A stretch of DNA of 64,000 bases. Source: Pelagomonas calceolata (Eukaryota). A program made the translations under genes and the position numbers. The notes under the pieces were generated by a model, which did not search any database, was not told where the DNA came from, and worked only from the letters and a program-made list of their open reading frames with translations. This document shows, piece after piece, positions 1 through 11,310 of this stretch. The stretch spans positions 4,898,001 to 4,962,000 of the forward strand of contig CAKKNE010000004.1 of NCBI GenBank assembly GCA_918797485.1, written 5' to 3'. Position 1 is the first letter of the stretch. Each line of letters begins with the position of its first letter.

Positions 1-3000
1 CGGGCCTGGAGCTTGGCCTTCAACGCGTTCTCGATCGCGTCCTCCCTGCGTGGCGAGCGACCGGTGAGTCGCGCAGACACACGGTACCGCGTCGCGTCGA
101 CGGCGTAGAAGGAAGGACGCAAGGACACCGGGTCAGCACCACTCGCTTGCGTCGATCTGGCCGTCGCGATCCGTGTCGAGCACGGCGAGCGCCTGCTGGA
201 GCCGCGCCGGCTCGAGGAGGTACATCAAGTTCTGGTTGCCGCAGGTCTGGAGGAAGTTGATCACCTTCTTGTTCGCCTTGACGGCGTCGATAATTTCGTC
301 CTTGTCCAGGTACCCCGACTCGTCCACATCTATCATATCGAAGACCTGGCGAGCCATGGTCAGGAACTCCGCCGAAAAGTCCTCGTCGGCGGCGGCCGCG
401 GCGCGCGCGCGGCGCTCCCGCTCCTCGGAGAGCTGCTCGAGGCGGCGCTTGAGGCCGCGCTGGATCGCCTCCTCCCTGCGCGCGACCGGCGTTATGCCTC
501 TACGTGGCGACGACGCGTCGATGGCGTGTGAACCGTGGAGGACGCCGCGTACCGCACCACTCCTCGACGTCGATCTCGCCCGAGCCGTCGGTGTCGAGGG
601 CCTTGAGCGCCTTCTTGAGGCGCGCGGGCTGCAGCAGGAACTGCAAGTTCTCCTCGCCGCAGTTCTGCAGAAACGAGATGACTTCTTGATCCGTCTTCAC
701 GGCCTGGACGATCTCGTCGATCTCGAGCGTGCCCGACATGTCCTTGTCGATGAGGTTGAAGCACTTGCGCGCGGCGTTCAGGAAATCCGAGGTAAAGGCC
801 GCGATCTCCTTCGCCGCGTTCTTGGCGTCGAGCTCGCGCTTCGCCGCGCGCGCGGCGAGCTTGTTCTGCAGCGCGATCTCGATGCACTGCTCCCACTCGT
901 CCGCGTCGATGGTGCCGTCGCGATCGGTGTCCATCTCCGCGAGCGCCTTGTCGAGGCGCGACGGCACCAGCAAGTACTGCAAGTTTTGGTTGCCGCAGTT
1001 GCAGAGGAATTTTATCACTTTTTTGTCGTTCTTCACGGCATCCACAATCTCAGCTTTATCGAGCGTTCCCGAGTCGTCCTTGTCGATCATTTGGAAGACC
1101 TCGCGGGCCGCGTTCAAAAATTCTAGCGTGAATTCGGCGTCGGCCCGCTCCGCGGCGCGCTGGCGGCGCTCGCGCTCGTCGGCCAGCTGCTCCAGGCGCT
1201 TCGCGAGGCCGCGGTTGATGGCGGCTTCCCCTGCGTAGCAGACAAACGGTCAAAAGAGCGCATCTCGCGGACACAAAAAGACGCCGGGCAGTACACTCTT
1301 CGATGTCGAGCTCCCCGGACTTGTCGGTATCCAGGGCATCGAGAGCTTTGTCGAGGCGCGGCGGGTGCAGCAGGAATTGCAAGTTTTCTTCGCCGCAGTT
1401 TTTGAGGAAGTCGATCACTTTTTTGTCCTCCTTCACGGCCTTGACGATCTCGGGCTTTTCGAGCGTGCCAGAGTTGTCCTTGTCGATCATAATAAAGCAT
1501 TGCCGGGCAGCCTGCGCGCGGGACCGTCGGTTACATACGCGAAGGCTTCGGACGCCGGGGGCCGTGCGTTCAGGAACTCGCTCGTGAATTTGGCGATCTC
1601 CTTCGCGGCGGCCTTGGCCTGGGCCTCGCGCGCCTTGGCGCGCTGCGCGAGCTTGTTCCGCAGCGCCGTCTCGATCGCGTCCTCCCTGCGCGGAACGTCG
1701 ACGGTCAGCCGCGTCGACGCCGTCGCCGCGTAGAAGCCCCCCCCCCCCAGCTTCGGACTCCGAAACGCACCACTCGTTGCAGTCGATCTCGCCGTCGCGG
1801 TCCGAGTCCAGCTGCGCGAGCGCCGCCTCGAGGCGCGAGGGGACCAGCAGGTACTGCAGATTCTTATTGCCGCAGTTCGTGAGGAAGTCAATCACTTCTT
1901 TATCTGCTCTGACGGCCGTAACGATCTCTTCCTTGTCGAGGAAGCCCGAGTCGTCCTTGTCGATCATTAGGAAAACTGCACGGGCCGCGCTGAGGAACTC
2001 CGCGGAGAATTCTTCGTCCGCTCTCGCATTTGCGCGGTCGCGGCGCTGGCGCTCGATCGACAGCTGCTCCAGGCGGTGCGCGAGGCCCTTCTGGATCGCC
2101 GTTTCCCATTCCTCGACATCAATCTCGCCGGACTTGTCCTCGTCGAGGACGGCCAGCGCCTTCTTGAGGCGCGGCGGGTGGAGGAGGAACTGCAGGTTCT
2201 CCTCGCCGCAGTTTTTCAGGAAGTCGATCACTTCCGCATCGCTCTTCACGGCCTCGACGATCTCGGCCGTCGACAGGGTGCCGCCGCCGTCCTTGTCGAT
2301 CAATTCGAAGCAGCGCCGCGCGGCGGAGAGGAACTCGTTCGTGAACTCCTCGATCTCCTTCGCAGCGTTCTTGGCGTCGAGCTCGCGCTTGGCGGCGCGC
2401 GCGGCCAATTTGTTTTTGAGGGCGTCTTTGATGCACGTCTCCCATTCATCTATATCAATATGCCCGTCGCGGTCCGTGTCCATCGCCGTGAGCGCGGCCT
2501 CGAGGCGCACCGGCACGAGCAGGTACTGCAGGTTTTTATTCCCGCAGTTAACAAGGAACGAGATAACTTTTTTGTTCGACGTGACGGCCTCGACGATTTC
2601 AGCTTTTTCCAGCGTCCCGGACTCGTCGACGTCGATCATTTCGAAGCACTTCCGCGCCGCGTTCAAAAATTCGACGCTAAATTCGGCGTCGGCCTTTTCC
2701 GCCGCGCGCTCGCGCCGCTCGCGTTCGGCGGCGAGCTGCGCGAGGCGCTTCGCCAGGCCGCGGTTGATCGCTTCCTCCCATTCCTCCATGTCCACCTCGC
2801 CGTCCTTGCTCGTGTCCAGCACTTCGAGCGCCTTGTGCAGGCGTGCTGGCTGAGTAAGGAACTCGAGGTTCGGCTCGCCGCACGTGGCGAGGAAGCTCTT
2901 CACCTTTTCGTCTTCCTTGACGGCCTTGATAATTTCGCCCTTGTCGAGCGTGCCGGAGTTGTCCTTGTCGATGAGGAGGAAGACTTGCTTCGCGGCCTGC

Positions 3001-6000
3001 GCGCGGGACCGTCGGCGACGCGTCGACATACACGAAGGATTCGGACGCCGGGGGCCGTGCGTTCAGGAACTCGCCAGTAAACTCTTCGATTTCCTTCTGC
3101 GCCGCCTTCCTCTGCGCCTCGCGGGCCGCGGAGCGCTGCTCGAGCTTGTTCGCGAGCGCCTTCTCGATGCACTCCTCCCTGCGCGGAACGTCGACCGGTG
3201 AGCCGGCGACGTGCTTCTACGCCACACGCACGCCATCGCCGCGTCGAAGGCGACCCAAGATTCCAGACTCCGACACACACCACTCGTCCGCGTCGATGGA
3301 GCCGTCGTTGTCCGTGTCCATCGCCGCGAGGGCGGCCTCGAGGCGCGACGGGACGAGCAGGTACTGCAGGTTCTTGTTGCCGCAGTCGGTCAGGAAATTT
3401 ATTACTTTTTTGTCCGCTCTGACGGCGTCCACGACCTCCTGTTTCTCGAGCGTGCCGGACTCGTCCTCGTCGATCATTTGAAAGACCTCACGCGCCGCGC
3501 TGAGGAACTCGGCGCTGAACTCCTCATCCGCTTTCGCCGCCGCGCGGTTGGCGCGCTCGCGCTCCTTCGACAGCGCCTCCAGCCGCTTGGCGAGGCCGCG
3601 GTTGATCGCCTCCTCCCCTGTGTGGCAGACGCGTCGGATCAAATCTCTGGGACAATAGGAGGACGCCGGGAAGCAGTACATTCGTCGATGTCGATCTCGC
3701 CCGATTTGTCGGTGTCCAGGATCGCGAGCGCCTTCTGCAGGCGCGGCGGGTGCAGCAGGAATTGCAGATTATCTTCGCCGCAGTTCTTTAGGAATTTGAT
3801 CACTTTGGCGTCCTCTTTCACGGCTCGGACGATCTCATCAGTGCTGAGCGAGCCGCCGCCGTCGGTGTCGATCATCTGGAAGCACTCGCGCGCGGCGTTT
3901 TTGAACTCGTTCGTAAATTCCTCGATCTCCTTCGCGGCCCGCGCGGCATCGAGCGAGCGCTTGGCCGCGCGGTCCGCGAGTTTGTTTTTGAGCGCGATCT
4001 CGATGCACTCCTCCCTGCGCGGAACATCGACCGGTGAGCCACAAGCACGTCATCGCCGCGTCGAAGGCGACCCAATGTTGCAGACTCCAAAACGCACCAC
4101 TCGTCCGCGTCGATGGTGCCGTCGTGATCCGTGTCCATCGCCGCGAGGGCGGCCTCGAGGCGCGCCGGCACCAACAAGTATTGGAGGTTCTTGTTGCCGC
4201 AGTTCACGAGGAAGTTAATCACCTTCTTGTTCCCGCGGATGGCGACAACCACCTCCTCCTTCTCGAGCGTGCCGGACTCGTCGACGTCGATCATCTCGAA
4301 CACCTTTCTAGCGGCGCTCAGGAACTCGACGGAGAAATTCTCGTCCTCAGCCCGGGCCGCCTTCTCGCGGCGCTCGCGCTCGTTCGCCAGCTGGTCGAGG
4401 CGCTTGGCGAGGCCGCGGTTGATCGCCTCCTCCCCTGTGCGCAAATCAATCAGTGAGACGCCGTCGAGCAGGCGTCGCGTCGATGGCGTCAGGTCACGAT
4501 TCAAGACGCCGGGACGGTACATTCGTCGATGTCGACCTCGCCGGACTTGTCCGTGTCCAAGATTTCGAGGGCCTTCTGGAGGCGCGGCGGGTGCAGCAGG
4601 AACGTCAGGTTGTCCTCGCCGCACGTCGTCAGGAACCGGATCACCGTCTGGTCGCTTCGGACGGCGTCGACGATCTCCTGTTTGGACAGCGACCCGCCGT
4701 GGTCCTTGTCGATGAGCTGGAAGCACTCGCGCGCGGCGTTTTTGAACTCGAACGTGAATTCTTCGATCTCCTTGCTGGCCGCCTTTGCGTCGAGCTCGCG
4801 AGCCTTGGCGCGCTGCTCGAGCTTGGCCGCGAGCGCGGTCTCGATCGCTTCCTCCCTGCGCGAAACGTCGACCGGTGAGCCGCGAAACCGCCCGTCCCCC
4901 CTCGCGAGACGCGTCGACGGCGTACGTCTACGCCCCCAGCACGCAGTCGCCGCGTCGAAGGCACCCCAAAATTTCAGACTCCGAAACGCACCACTCGATG
5001 GCGTCAATTGTTCCGTCCCTGTCGGTGTCGAGCACCGCCAATGCGGCTTCGAGCCGCGACGGCACCAACAGGTACTGGAGATTCTTGTTGCCACAGTTCG
5101 TGAGGAAGTTGATCACGTCCTGATCAGCCCGCACCGCGCGAAAAATTTCTTCTTTTTCGAGTGTGCCGGAGTCGTCCTTGTCGATCATCTGGAACGCCTT
5201 GCGCGCGAGGCCCAAAAACTCGGTGGAGAACTCTTCGTCGGCCGCGGTGCTCGCGCGCTCGCGGCGCTCGCGCTCCTTCTCGAGGTCCTTGAGGCGCTTC
5301 GCGAGGCCGCGGTTGATCGCCGTCTCCCTGTGTGCGTACGATGTTATGTTGACACGTAGCGGCAACGACGCGTCGATAGCGTCGAGGCGACGTCATGTGC
5401 CGTCGACACGGCCGCGAGAAAGAGTCTATATGTGATCACGGACGCCGCAAAACGCGCCATTCCTCAATGTCGATTTCTCCGGACTTGTCCTCATCCAGGG
5501 CCTCGAGCGCCTTCTTGAGGCGCGGCGGGTGGAGGAGGAACGACAGGTTCTCGTCGCCGCACGTCGTCAGGAATTTTATTACTTCCTTGTCAGACTTGAC
5601 GGCCTCGACGATCTCCGAGTGGCTCAGGGTCCCGCCCTGGTCCTTGTCGATGAGCTGGAAGCACTTGCGAGCTGCGTTTTTGAACTCGGCGGTGAAGTTC
5701 TCGATCTCACGCTGCGCGGCGGCCGCGTCGGCCTCGCGCTTCAGCGCGCGCTGCGCGAGCTTGTTCGACAGCGCGTCCTCGATGGCGTCCTCCCTGCGTA
5801 GCAAGCGACCGGTGAGTCGGACACGGCGTAGAAAGAAGTAAGGACACTGCGTCAGCACCACTCCTGGGCATCAATGTGGCCGTCGCGATCCGTGTCCAAC
5901 TGCTGGAGCGCCGACTCGAGGCGCGCCGGCACCAACAAATACTGGAGGTTCGGCTCGCCGCAGTTGACGAGGAAGTTGATCACCTTCTTGTCGGCGCTGA

Positions 6001-8699
6001 CGGCGTCGATGACCTCCTGCTTCTCGAGCGTGCCGGAGTCGTCCTTGTCGATCATGCGGAAGACCTTGCGCGACGTCGACAGGAAGTCGAGGCTGAACTG
6101 GAGGTCTTCCTCGCGCGCGGCGCGGTTCCGGCGCTCGCGCTCCTTCTCGAGGTCCTTGAGGCGCTTGGCGAGGCCCCGGTTGATCGCGCTCTCCCCTGTG
6201 TGCAAATAACCGGTGAATCATGATTCAGCCGCGGGCGGAGCGGACGCGTCGCGAAGCTCTAGCATGAATACTACACCGGGCCGTGCATTCGTCGACGTCG
6301 AGCTCGCCCGACTTGTCCGTGTCGAGGATCTCCAAGGCCTTCTGCAGCCGCGGCGGGTGCAATAGGAACTCGAGGTTCTCGTCGCCGCACGTCGTCAGAA
6401 ATTTAATGACTTCCTCGTCCTTCTTCACAGCTTCCACAATCTCCTCCTTGGACAGCGTCCCGCCTCCATCTTTATCGATGAGCTCGAAGCAGCGCCGCGC
6501 GGCGTTCAGGAACTGCGTCTTGAAGGCGTGGATCTCCCTAGCGGCCGACTCCTCCTCGCGCTTCCGGATCTCCTCCTCGGCCATGCCCTTGCCGATGTGG
6601 CGCTTGTGGATCTCGATGTTGCTAATCTTGACCTCGGACTGGGCGACGACGTCCTTGCCGAAGCCCGCGGCTTCCAAGGCCGCGGCGATGGCCTCCTCGT
6701 CGGTCGCGCTCTCCAAGAAGATCTCCATGACCAACGACCCGGCCTTGACGCCCTGGACGTGCACGTGCCGCGCCGTGACGTCCGCGCCCGTCTCGGTCAT
6801 GACCTTGCCCGACATCTTCTCGGCCATCTGGCCGCGGAAGCTCTTGTTCGCCGACCGCGGCGTGAAGTCGGGGATCGTGGCGATGAAGGACACGCCGCCG
6901 AGGCTGCGCATCTCGGCGGGGTCGACGGGGTCGCCCGCGCGCGGCGACTCGCCGGCGCGCTTCCTAGATTTCCGCTTCGCGCGGCGCGCGCGAGCTCTAG
7001 CTTCCGCGTCCTTGTTCGAGGCCATGGCCTGCTCCTCGAGGGCCTTGTAGTCTCGGGCCAAGCCACCGGCGCAGGGCTTCTCGATGATCGCCTTAAATAT
7101 ATCCTTGGGGATCTTGAGGCACTCGCACTCGGCCAGAGCAATACACGTCGCCGCGCGCGGCGCGCCCGTCGTCAGGGACAGCTCGCCGAAGAAGTCGCCC
7201 GTCTCGAGCGTCGGGCAGACCGAGTCGTTCGCGCCGGCGACGTAGCGCGTGCACTCGACGGAGCCGTTGAGGATGACGAAGAAGTCCGAGCCCGGCTCCG
7301 ACTCTCTGAGGATGAGCTGGCCCGTGTCGTAGTCGTGCGCCGTCGACGCGTCGACGATCTGCGCGACCTTGCTTCCATCTAACCCGCCGAGCAGCGGCAC
7401 GCGCTTCAAGGCCGCGGCGTAGAGCATGCGCTTCTTGTGCTGCGAGTCCTTGAGGATCTCGCTGAGCGTCAGCTTGTCGAGGGCCCAGGCCGAGCACGCC
7501 GTCGCCGCCGTCGCCGTGTGCGCGCGCGCCGCCTTCATCACATCCAAATCGCCGACGTGGCGCGTGCCGTCGGCCGCCGGCAGGTTGCGCTGGCCCGTGA
7601 AGCCGCCGTCGGCGTCGACGGCGACGTGGCCGTCCTCGATCAAGTAGAGGTAGTCCGTGCCCTTGCCCTGCACGTACAGGCGCTGGCCGCCCTGGAAGAC
7701 CTTGCGGCGGAACGCGTCTATCACCACTCCCTGCTCGCGGCGCGTGAGCTTCGCGAGGGCCGGCACCTTGCAGACCTGCTCGAGGAGCCAGCCCGACTCG
7801 CGCTCCGTCTTCTTCGACGCGAACGGCACCCACGCGCCGTCGCCGTCGATCTCGGGTTTGGTGGGAACGGGGTCCGGCTCGTAGGCCGAGTCGTCCATCA
7901 TGAGCGCCGCCGCCTCCGCACCCAAGATCGACATCTGCTCGAGGCCCTTGCGCGTCGACGAGCCGACCTCGTTGAGGTCGCCGGCCGACGACGCCCTGAC
8001 CAACTTGCGCAGGGCGTCGAGGACGACGGGCGGCCGGCAGTAGGGGTTCAGCACGCGCAGCGACCACTCGACGAAGTCCTTGCGCGGCAGCCGCGCGGCC
8101 TCCTGGCCCTGCGTGCCCGACGCGTCCGGCGCGCCGAGCTCGACGTCGGAGAAGTCCTCGCCGCCGCCGCGGCCCTCGCGCATGCCCTGCTTCAGGGCGC
8201 CGTCGTACTTGCCGACGGCCACGCGCGCCGCGTTGTCGAGCGCGGCCATGTCCTCGAAGGCGACGCACGACTTGCCGCGGCGCAGGCCCATGAACGACTC
8301 GAGCGCGCGGCCCAGGCTCAGGAGCAGGATCCCCAGCTCCGACGGCGTCAGCGCGCGCGCGCGGCCGAAGTCGAAGAGCGCGAACATGCGCCGCGCCTTG
8401 GCCTTGACGCCGTCCTCGCGGTCGCCGCCGCCGCCCGGCGCCGGCGTGCGGCACACGGCCACGGCGCCGCAGAGGAAGCTCAGCGCGTTGATCTTGCCTT
8501 CCTCGCCGGCCTCGAGCTGCGCGATGATGGCCGCCGCGTCCTTGACCTTGGGGCCGACGACCGCCTCGAGCTCCTGCGGCGTCACCATGAACGCGCCGTC
8601 GAGCTGCGTCCGGTGGCGGATGATCATCTCGTCGACGTCGCTGAGCGACAGCCGGCTGAACTGCGCGAACGGCCCCGGGAGGGAGACCGAGGCGCCCAT
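1..8699 (-). CDS. Giant Ca2+/cyclic-nucleotide-binding protein: N-terminal MGASVS, two cNMP-binding (PKA-R-like) domains, then >=16 tandem 112-aa repeats each with two EF-hand loops plus a coiled-coil linker; 3' end lies outside the window
   Basis: Start at ATG 8699. cNMP motif GDFFGELSLTTGAPRAATCIA; repeated IDKDxSGTLxxxE and DTDxxGxIDxxEW loops. Removing 14 introns gives one continuous frame of ~2,499 codons: 46-139, 476-557, 1231-1294, 1512-1567 (GC), 1686-1770, 2997-3060 (GC), 3179-3280, 3618-3679, 4015-4097, 4435-4520, 4856-4991, 5328-5457 (GC), 5794-5858, 6196-6286 (GC). Confidence 0.9.
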
Positions 8700-8700
8700 C

Positions 8701-8746
8701 CTTGCTTGCTTGCTTACTTGTTTGCTAGCTTGCTTGCTTGCTTGCT
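8701..8746. repeat. (CTTG)n / (CAAG)n microsatellite immediately upstream of the EF-hand gene start
   Basis: cttgcttgcttgcttacttgtttgctagcttgcttgcttgcttgct read directly. Confidence 0.8.
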
Positions 8747-9340
8747 ACTCAGGGCAGCTTCTTTCGAGCGGCTGCTTGCTGTTGCGGCGTGCGGGCAGCT
8801 TCCGACGACTGCTCGCGCAACACCGTGCGCTGCGGGTACCTTTTTGCGGTATTTTACACGCTTCGCAGCTAAAGCAGCGCCGTCGAGCCGGAGAAGCTAG
8901 TGGGCCCGGCAGTTATTTTTAGCGGCTCGCTGGGCTCGTCGCGATGAAAATGGCTGCCCGGGCGCTTCCCGGCGTCCCTACGGAGCCTTGCGACGCGTGG
9001 GCTACCTGGGAGTGAGCCCTGGTACCGGAGCCACTGCGAGTGTTCTCCTGTGGGCGTAAGAGTCATTTGCTGCTAGTGAGTGCGCTCAGCCGGCCGTTCG
9101 ATCCTTCTGTCAGCCTCTGATCCGACCTCGCGATATATCGAGCAAAGTGACTTATCCATGGAGGGGGGGGGGTAAAGTATGAAAGGTACTTAAGGTACTT
9201 TCATGCGATGTTGCGCCTGCCTGCGCCTGCGCAAAAAGTACCAGCTGGTACCTCTGTGCTTATTTTTACAGACACGCACGGCATATTTGACGTGTCCACG
9301 CGTGCTGGGGCGTGGTTATTTACCGCACTGCACGTCTAGA

Positions 9341-9486
9341 CCACTTGTAGCGCCTGCCAGAGGCTCTGCACGTCTGACCACTTGTAGCGCCTGCCAGAGG
9401 CTCTGCGCGTCTAAGACCACTTGTAGCGTCTGCCAGAGGCTCTGCGCGTCTAAGTCCACTTGTAGCGTCTGCCAGAGGCTCTGCAC
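9341..9486. repeat. Minisatellite, ~4 copies of a 37-39 bp unit, just upstream of the GPx start codon
   Basis: Unit ccacttgtagcg(c/t)ctgccagaggctctgc(a/g)cgtct(aa)g(a/t) starts at 9341, 9378, 9417 and 9456. Confidence 0.9.
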
Positions 9487-9494
9487 AAAACGAA

Positions 9495-9992
9495 ATGCAG
9501 CTGCACGAATTCCAAGCGACGGCGCTGTCCGGGCGCCGCGTCGAGTTCTCGAGCTTCGCCGGGAAGCCGGTGCTATTTGTGAACGTCGCCAGCGAATGAG
9601 GCGACACCGACAAGTCGTATCGGGCCATCGCCGCGCTGCGCGAGACATACGCTACGCTGGAGGTCGTGCTATGGCCCAGCGATGAGTTCGGGAACGAGGA
9701 ACTGCCTTCGGACCAAATAGCCGCATTCGTAGCACGCTACGGGCTATCTGCCGACGGCGAGGACCGCTGCACGGTGATGGCCAAGGCTACGGTAGGCGGC
9801 ACGGACGCGCATCCTTTATGGAAGGCCATAGTCGAAGCAGTCCCCGGCAGACCAGTAGACTGGAACTTCGCCGCGTGGGTGCTCTTCGACGGTACCGGCG
9901 CGCCGGTCGGCCGCTGGGGCTTCAGCCTCCAGGACATCGGCAACTCGTCCTTCCTGAGCCAGCTCGAGGCGGCGCTCGCGCGGCTCTCGTAG
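9495..9992 (+). CDS. GPX: Selenocysteine-containing glutathione peroxidase (165 aa; UGA at 9597-9599 read as Sec)
   Basis: Frame from ATG 9495 reads MQLHEFQATALSGRRVEFSSFAGKPVLFVNVASE-TGA-GDTDKSY...WPSDEFGNEE...DWNF. The in-frame TGA sits at the catalytic position of the GPx NVAS-x-U-G motif, and a SECIS-like hairpin follows. Confidence 0.9.
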
Positions 9993-10011
9993 CAGTGAGT
10001 GAGTGAGACGG

Positions 10012-10092
10012 CCCGGCGCACGCGACATGATGCGACGGCGGCGCGTTGCTTTATGCGCGCCGCCTCCGTCGCGGATACGGCGTGTCCCCGGG
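10012..10092 (+). promoter_or_regulatory. SECIS element in the GPx 3' UTR
   Basis: Lower stem CCCGG..CACGC / GCGTG..CCGGG; core ATGA(10027-10030)...GGAT; upper helix GCGACGG/CCGTCGC extended by CGGCGCG/CGCGCCG. Confidence 0.75.
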
Positions 10093-10264
10093 TTCTGTTG
10101 GTGATGTTATGTAACTTGAGTCTCTTATATACACAAGCTGTTCTATCCGCTGAGCCGACGCCTCGTCCCCGCCTAGCCGCACGCCGGCCTCGCCTTTAAA
10201 TTTTTTTAATTAATATATATTTTTTAGAAGCCAACGCAGTCTAGCCGACGCCATTCTTTTGGGT

Positions 10265-11257
10265 ATGGCCGCCGATAGCGACGATGAAAGTCCACTCCAT
10301 AAGGCCGCTTTCGATCGCGACCCGAAGGCCTTGCGACAATTACTTAGTCAGGGTGCTGTCGATCCTAATTTTTCACCAAATCAGCGTGATGGCAAGTTCG
10401 GGAGGACGCCTCTCCACGAGTTGTGCAAAAATTATAGTAGAGGTCATAGACACAAAGAAAGAAGCGTCATCTGTTTCGAATTACTTCGCGCGGCGGGCGC
10501 GGACGTAAACGCGCGGGAGAACCCGACGACCCAGGCGTTACAGGACGGTTACATTGGTGGTAGGAGACCACTTCACTGGGCTGCGGGGAATAGCGCACGT
10601 CAGCATCTTGTCCAGCGGCTGATTGCATCCGGCGCCCATGTGGATGCTGTGTCGGATGACGGTCGTACGCCTCTGCACCATGCAGCGAGGGCAGGCTGTG
10701 CCGACGCGGCTTGCCTGCTCATTAGAGCGGGCGCAGAAGTGAATTTGAGAGACTCGTGTCTTCCTCATTGTTTTTCTGGCTACACGCCGTTGGAAGCGGC
10801 GGTCGCGTGGAGTGAAAACGTCAAGGCTTTCCCCATACTTCTGCGTGCCGGCGCTACCTTGCCTGACCTCAGGACTGACTGGGCCTTGTACGAGGAGACC
10901 GAGCCTCGAGCAAGATGGTATATAGAAAGGGTGGAGGACGAAGGCGGCTTCGCGAACCTCGCACGTCTTCACCTCAATAAACTGACCGAGACGTTCGTAC
11001 CTAAGTTTGCTGGCCGTCTCCCGCCCGAAATCGTCCGGCATGTTGTCTCTTTTTGGTTACACGCTGGCTATTACGATGAAGGAGGAGAGAGAGTCGACGA
11101 AGCGAAGTACGACTCGCTCGTTGCCGACATCACTCGCAAGGTCGACGAGATGGCAAGTCTCAAGGTCGTCCCTCGCGCTTCGCGTAGGGCCCGTAAGCTC
11201 CGCCACGCGCTCGAGGCGGACCTGGATTCGGATGATGATTGGACCGCGGGTTCCTAA
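10265..11257 (+). CDS. Ankyrin-repeat protein with a C-terminal F-box-like motif
   Basis: Repeats SPLHKAA, GRTPLHEL, GRRPLHWAA, GRTPLHHAA, GYTPLEAA with GA.VN; C-terminal LPPEIVRHVVSFW. Confidence 0.85.
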   Translation: MAADSDDESPLHKAAFDRDPKALRQLLSQGAVDPNFSPNQRDGKFGRTPLHELCKNYSRGHRHKERSVICFELLRAAGADVNARENPTTQALQDGYIGGRRPLHWAAGNSARQHLVQRLIASGAHVDAVSDDGRTPLHHAARAGCADAACLLIRAGAEVNLRDSCLPHCFSGYTPLEAAVAWSENVKAFPILLRAGATLPDLRTDWALYEETEPRARWYIERVEDEGGFANLARLHLNKLTETFVPKFAGRLPPEIVRHVVSFWLHAGYYDEGGERVDEAKYDSLVADITRKVDEMASLKVVPRASRRARKLRHALEADLDSDDDWTAGS

Positions 11258-11310
11258 GTTGATACTAAGTATACACGATTACACCATCAAGGGGATATAG
11301 AAAACTAGGG

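Noticed and set aside
1..6300. EF-hand ORF fragments as separate genes or a frameshifted pseudogene
   Set aside because: Every break is explained by a G(T/C)-AG intron that restores the frame.
9341..9486. CRISPR-like appearance of ~38-bp repeats
   Set aside because: Units are contiguous with no unique spacers, there are no cas genes, and the context is eukaryotic.
9203..9685. 160-aa ORF with CSxCQRLC repeats resembling zinc-finger motifs
   Set aside because: It is the translation of the minisatellite and overlaps the GPx gene out of frame.
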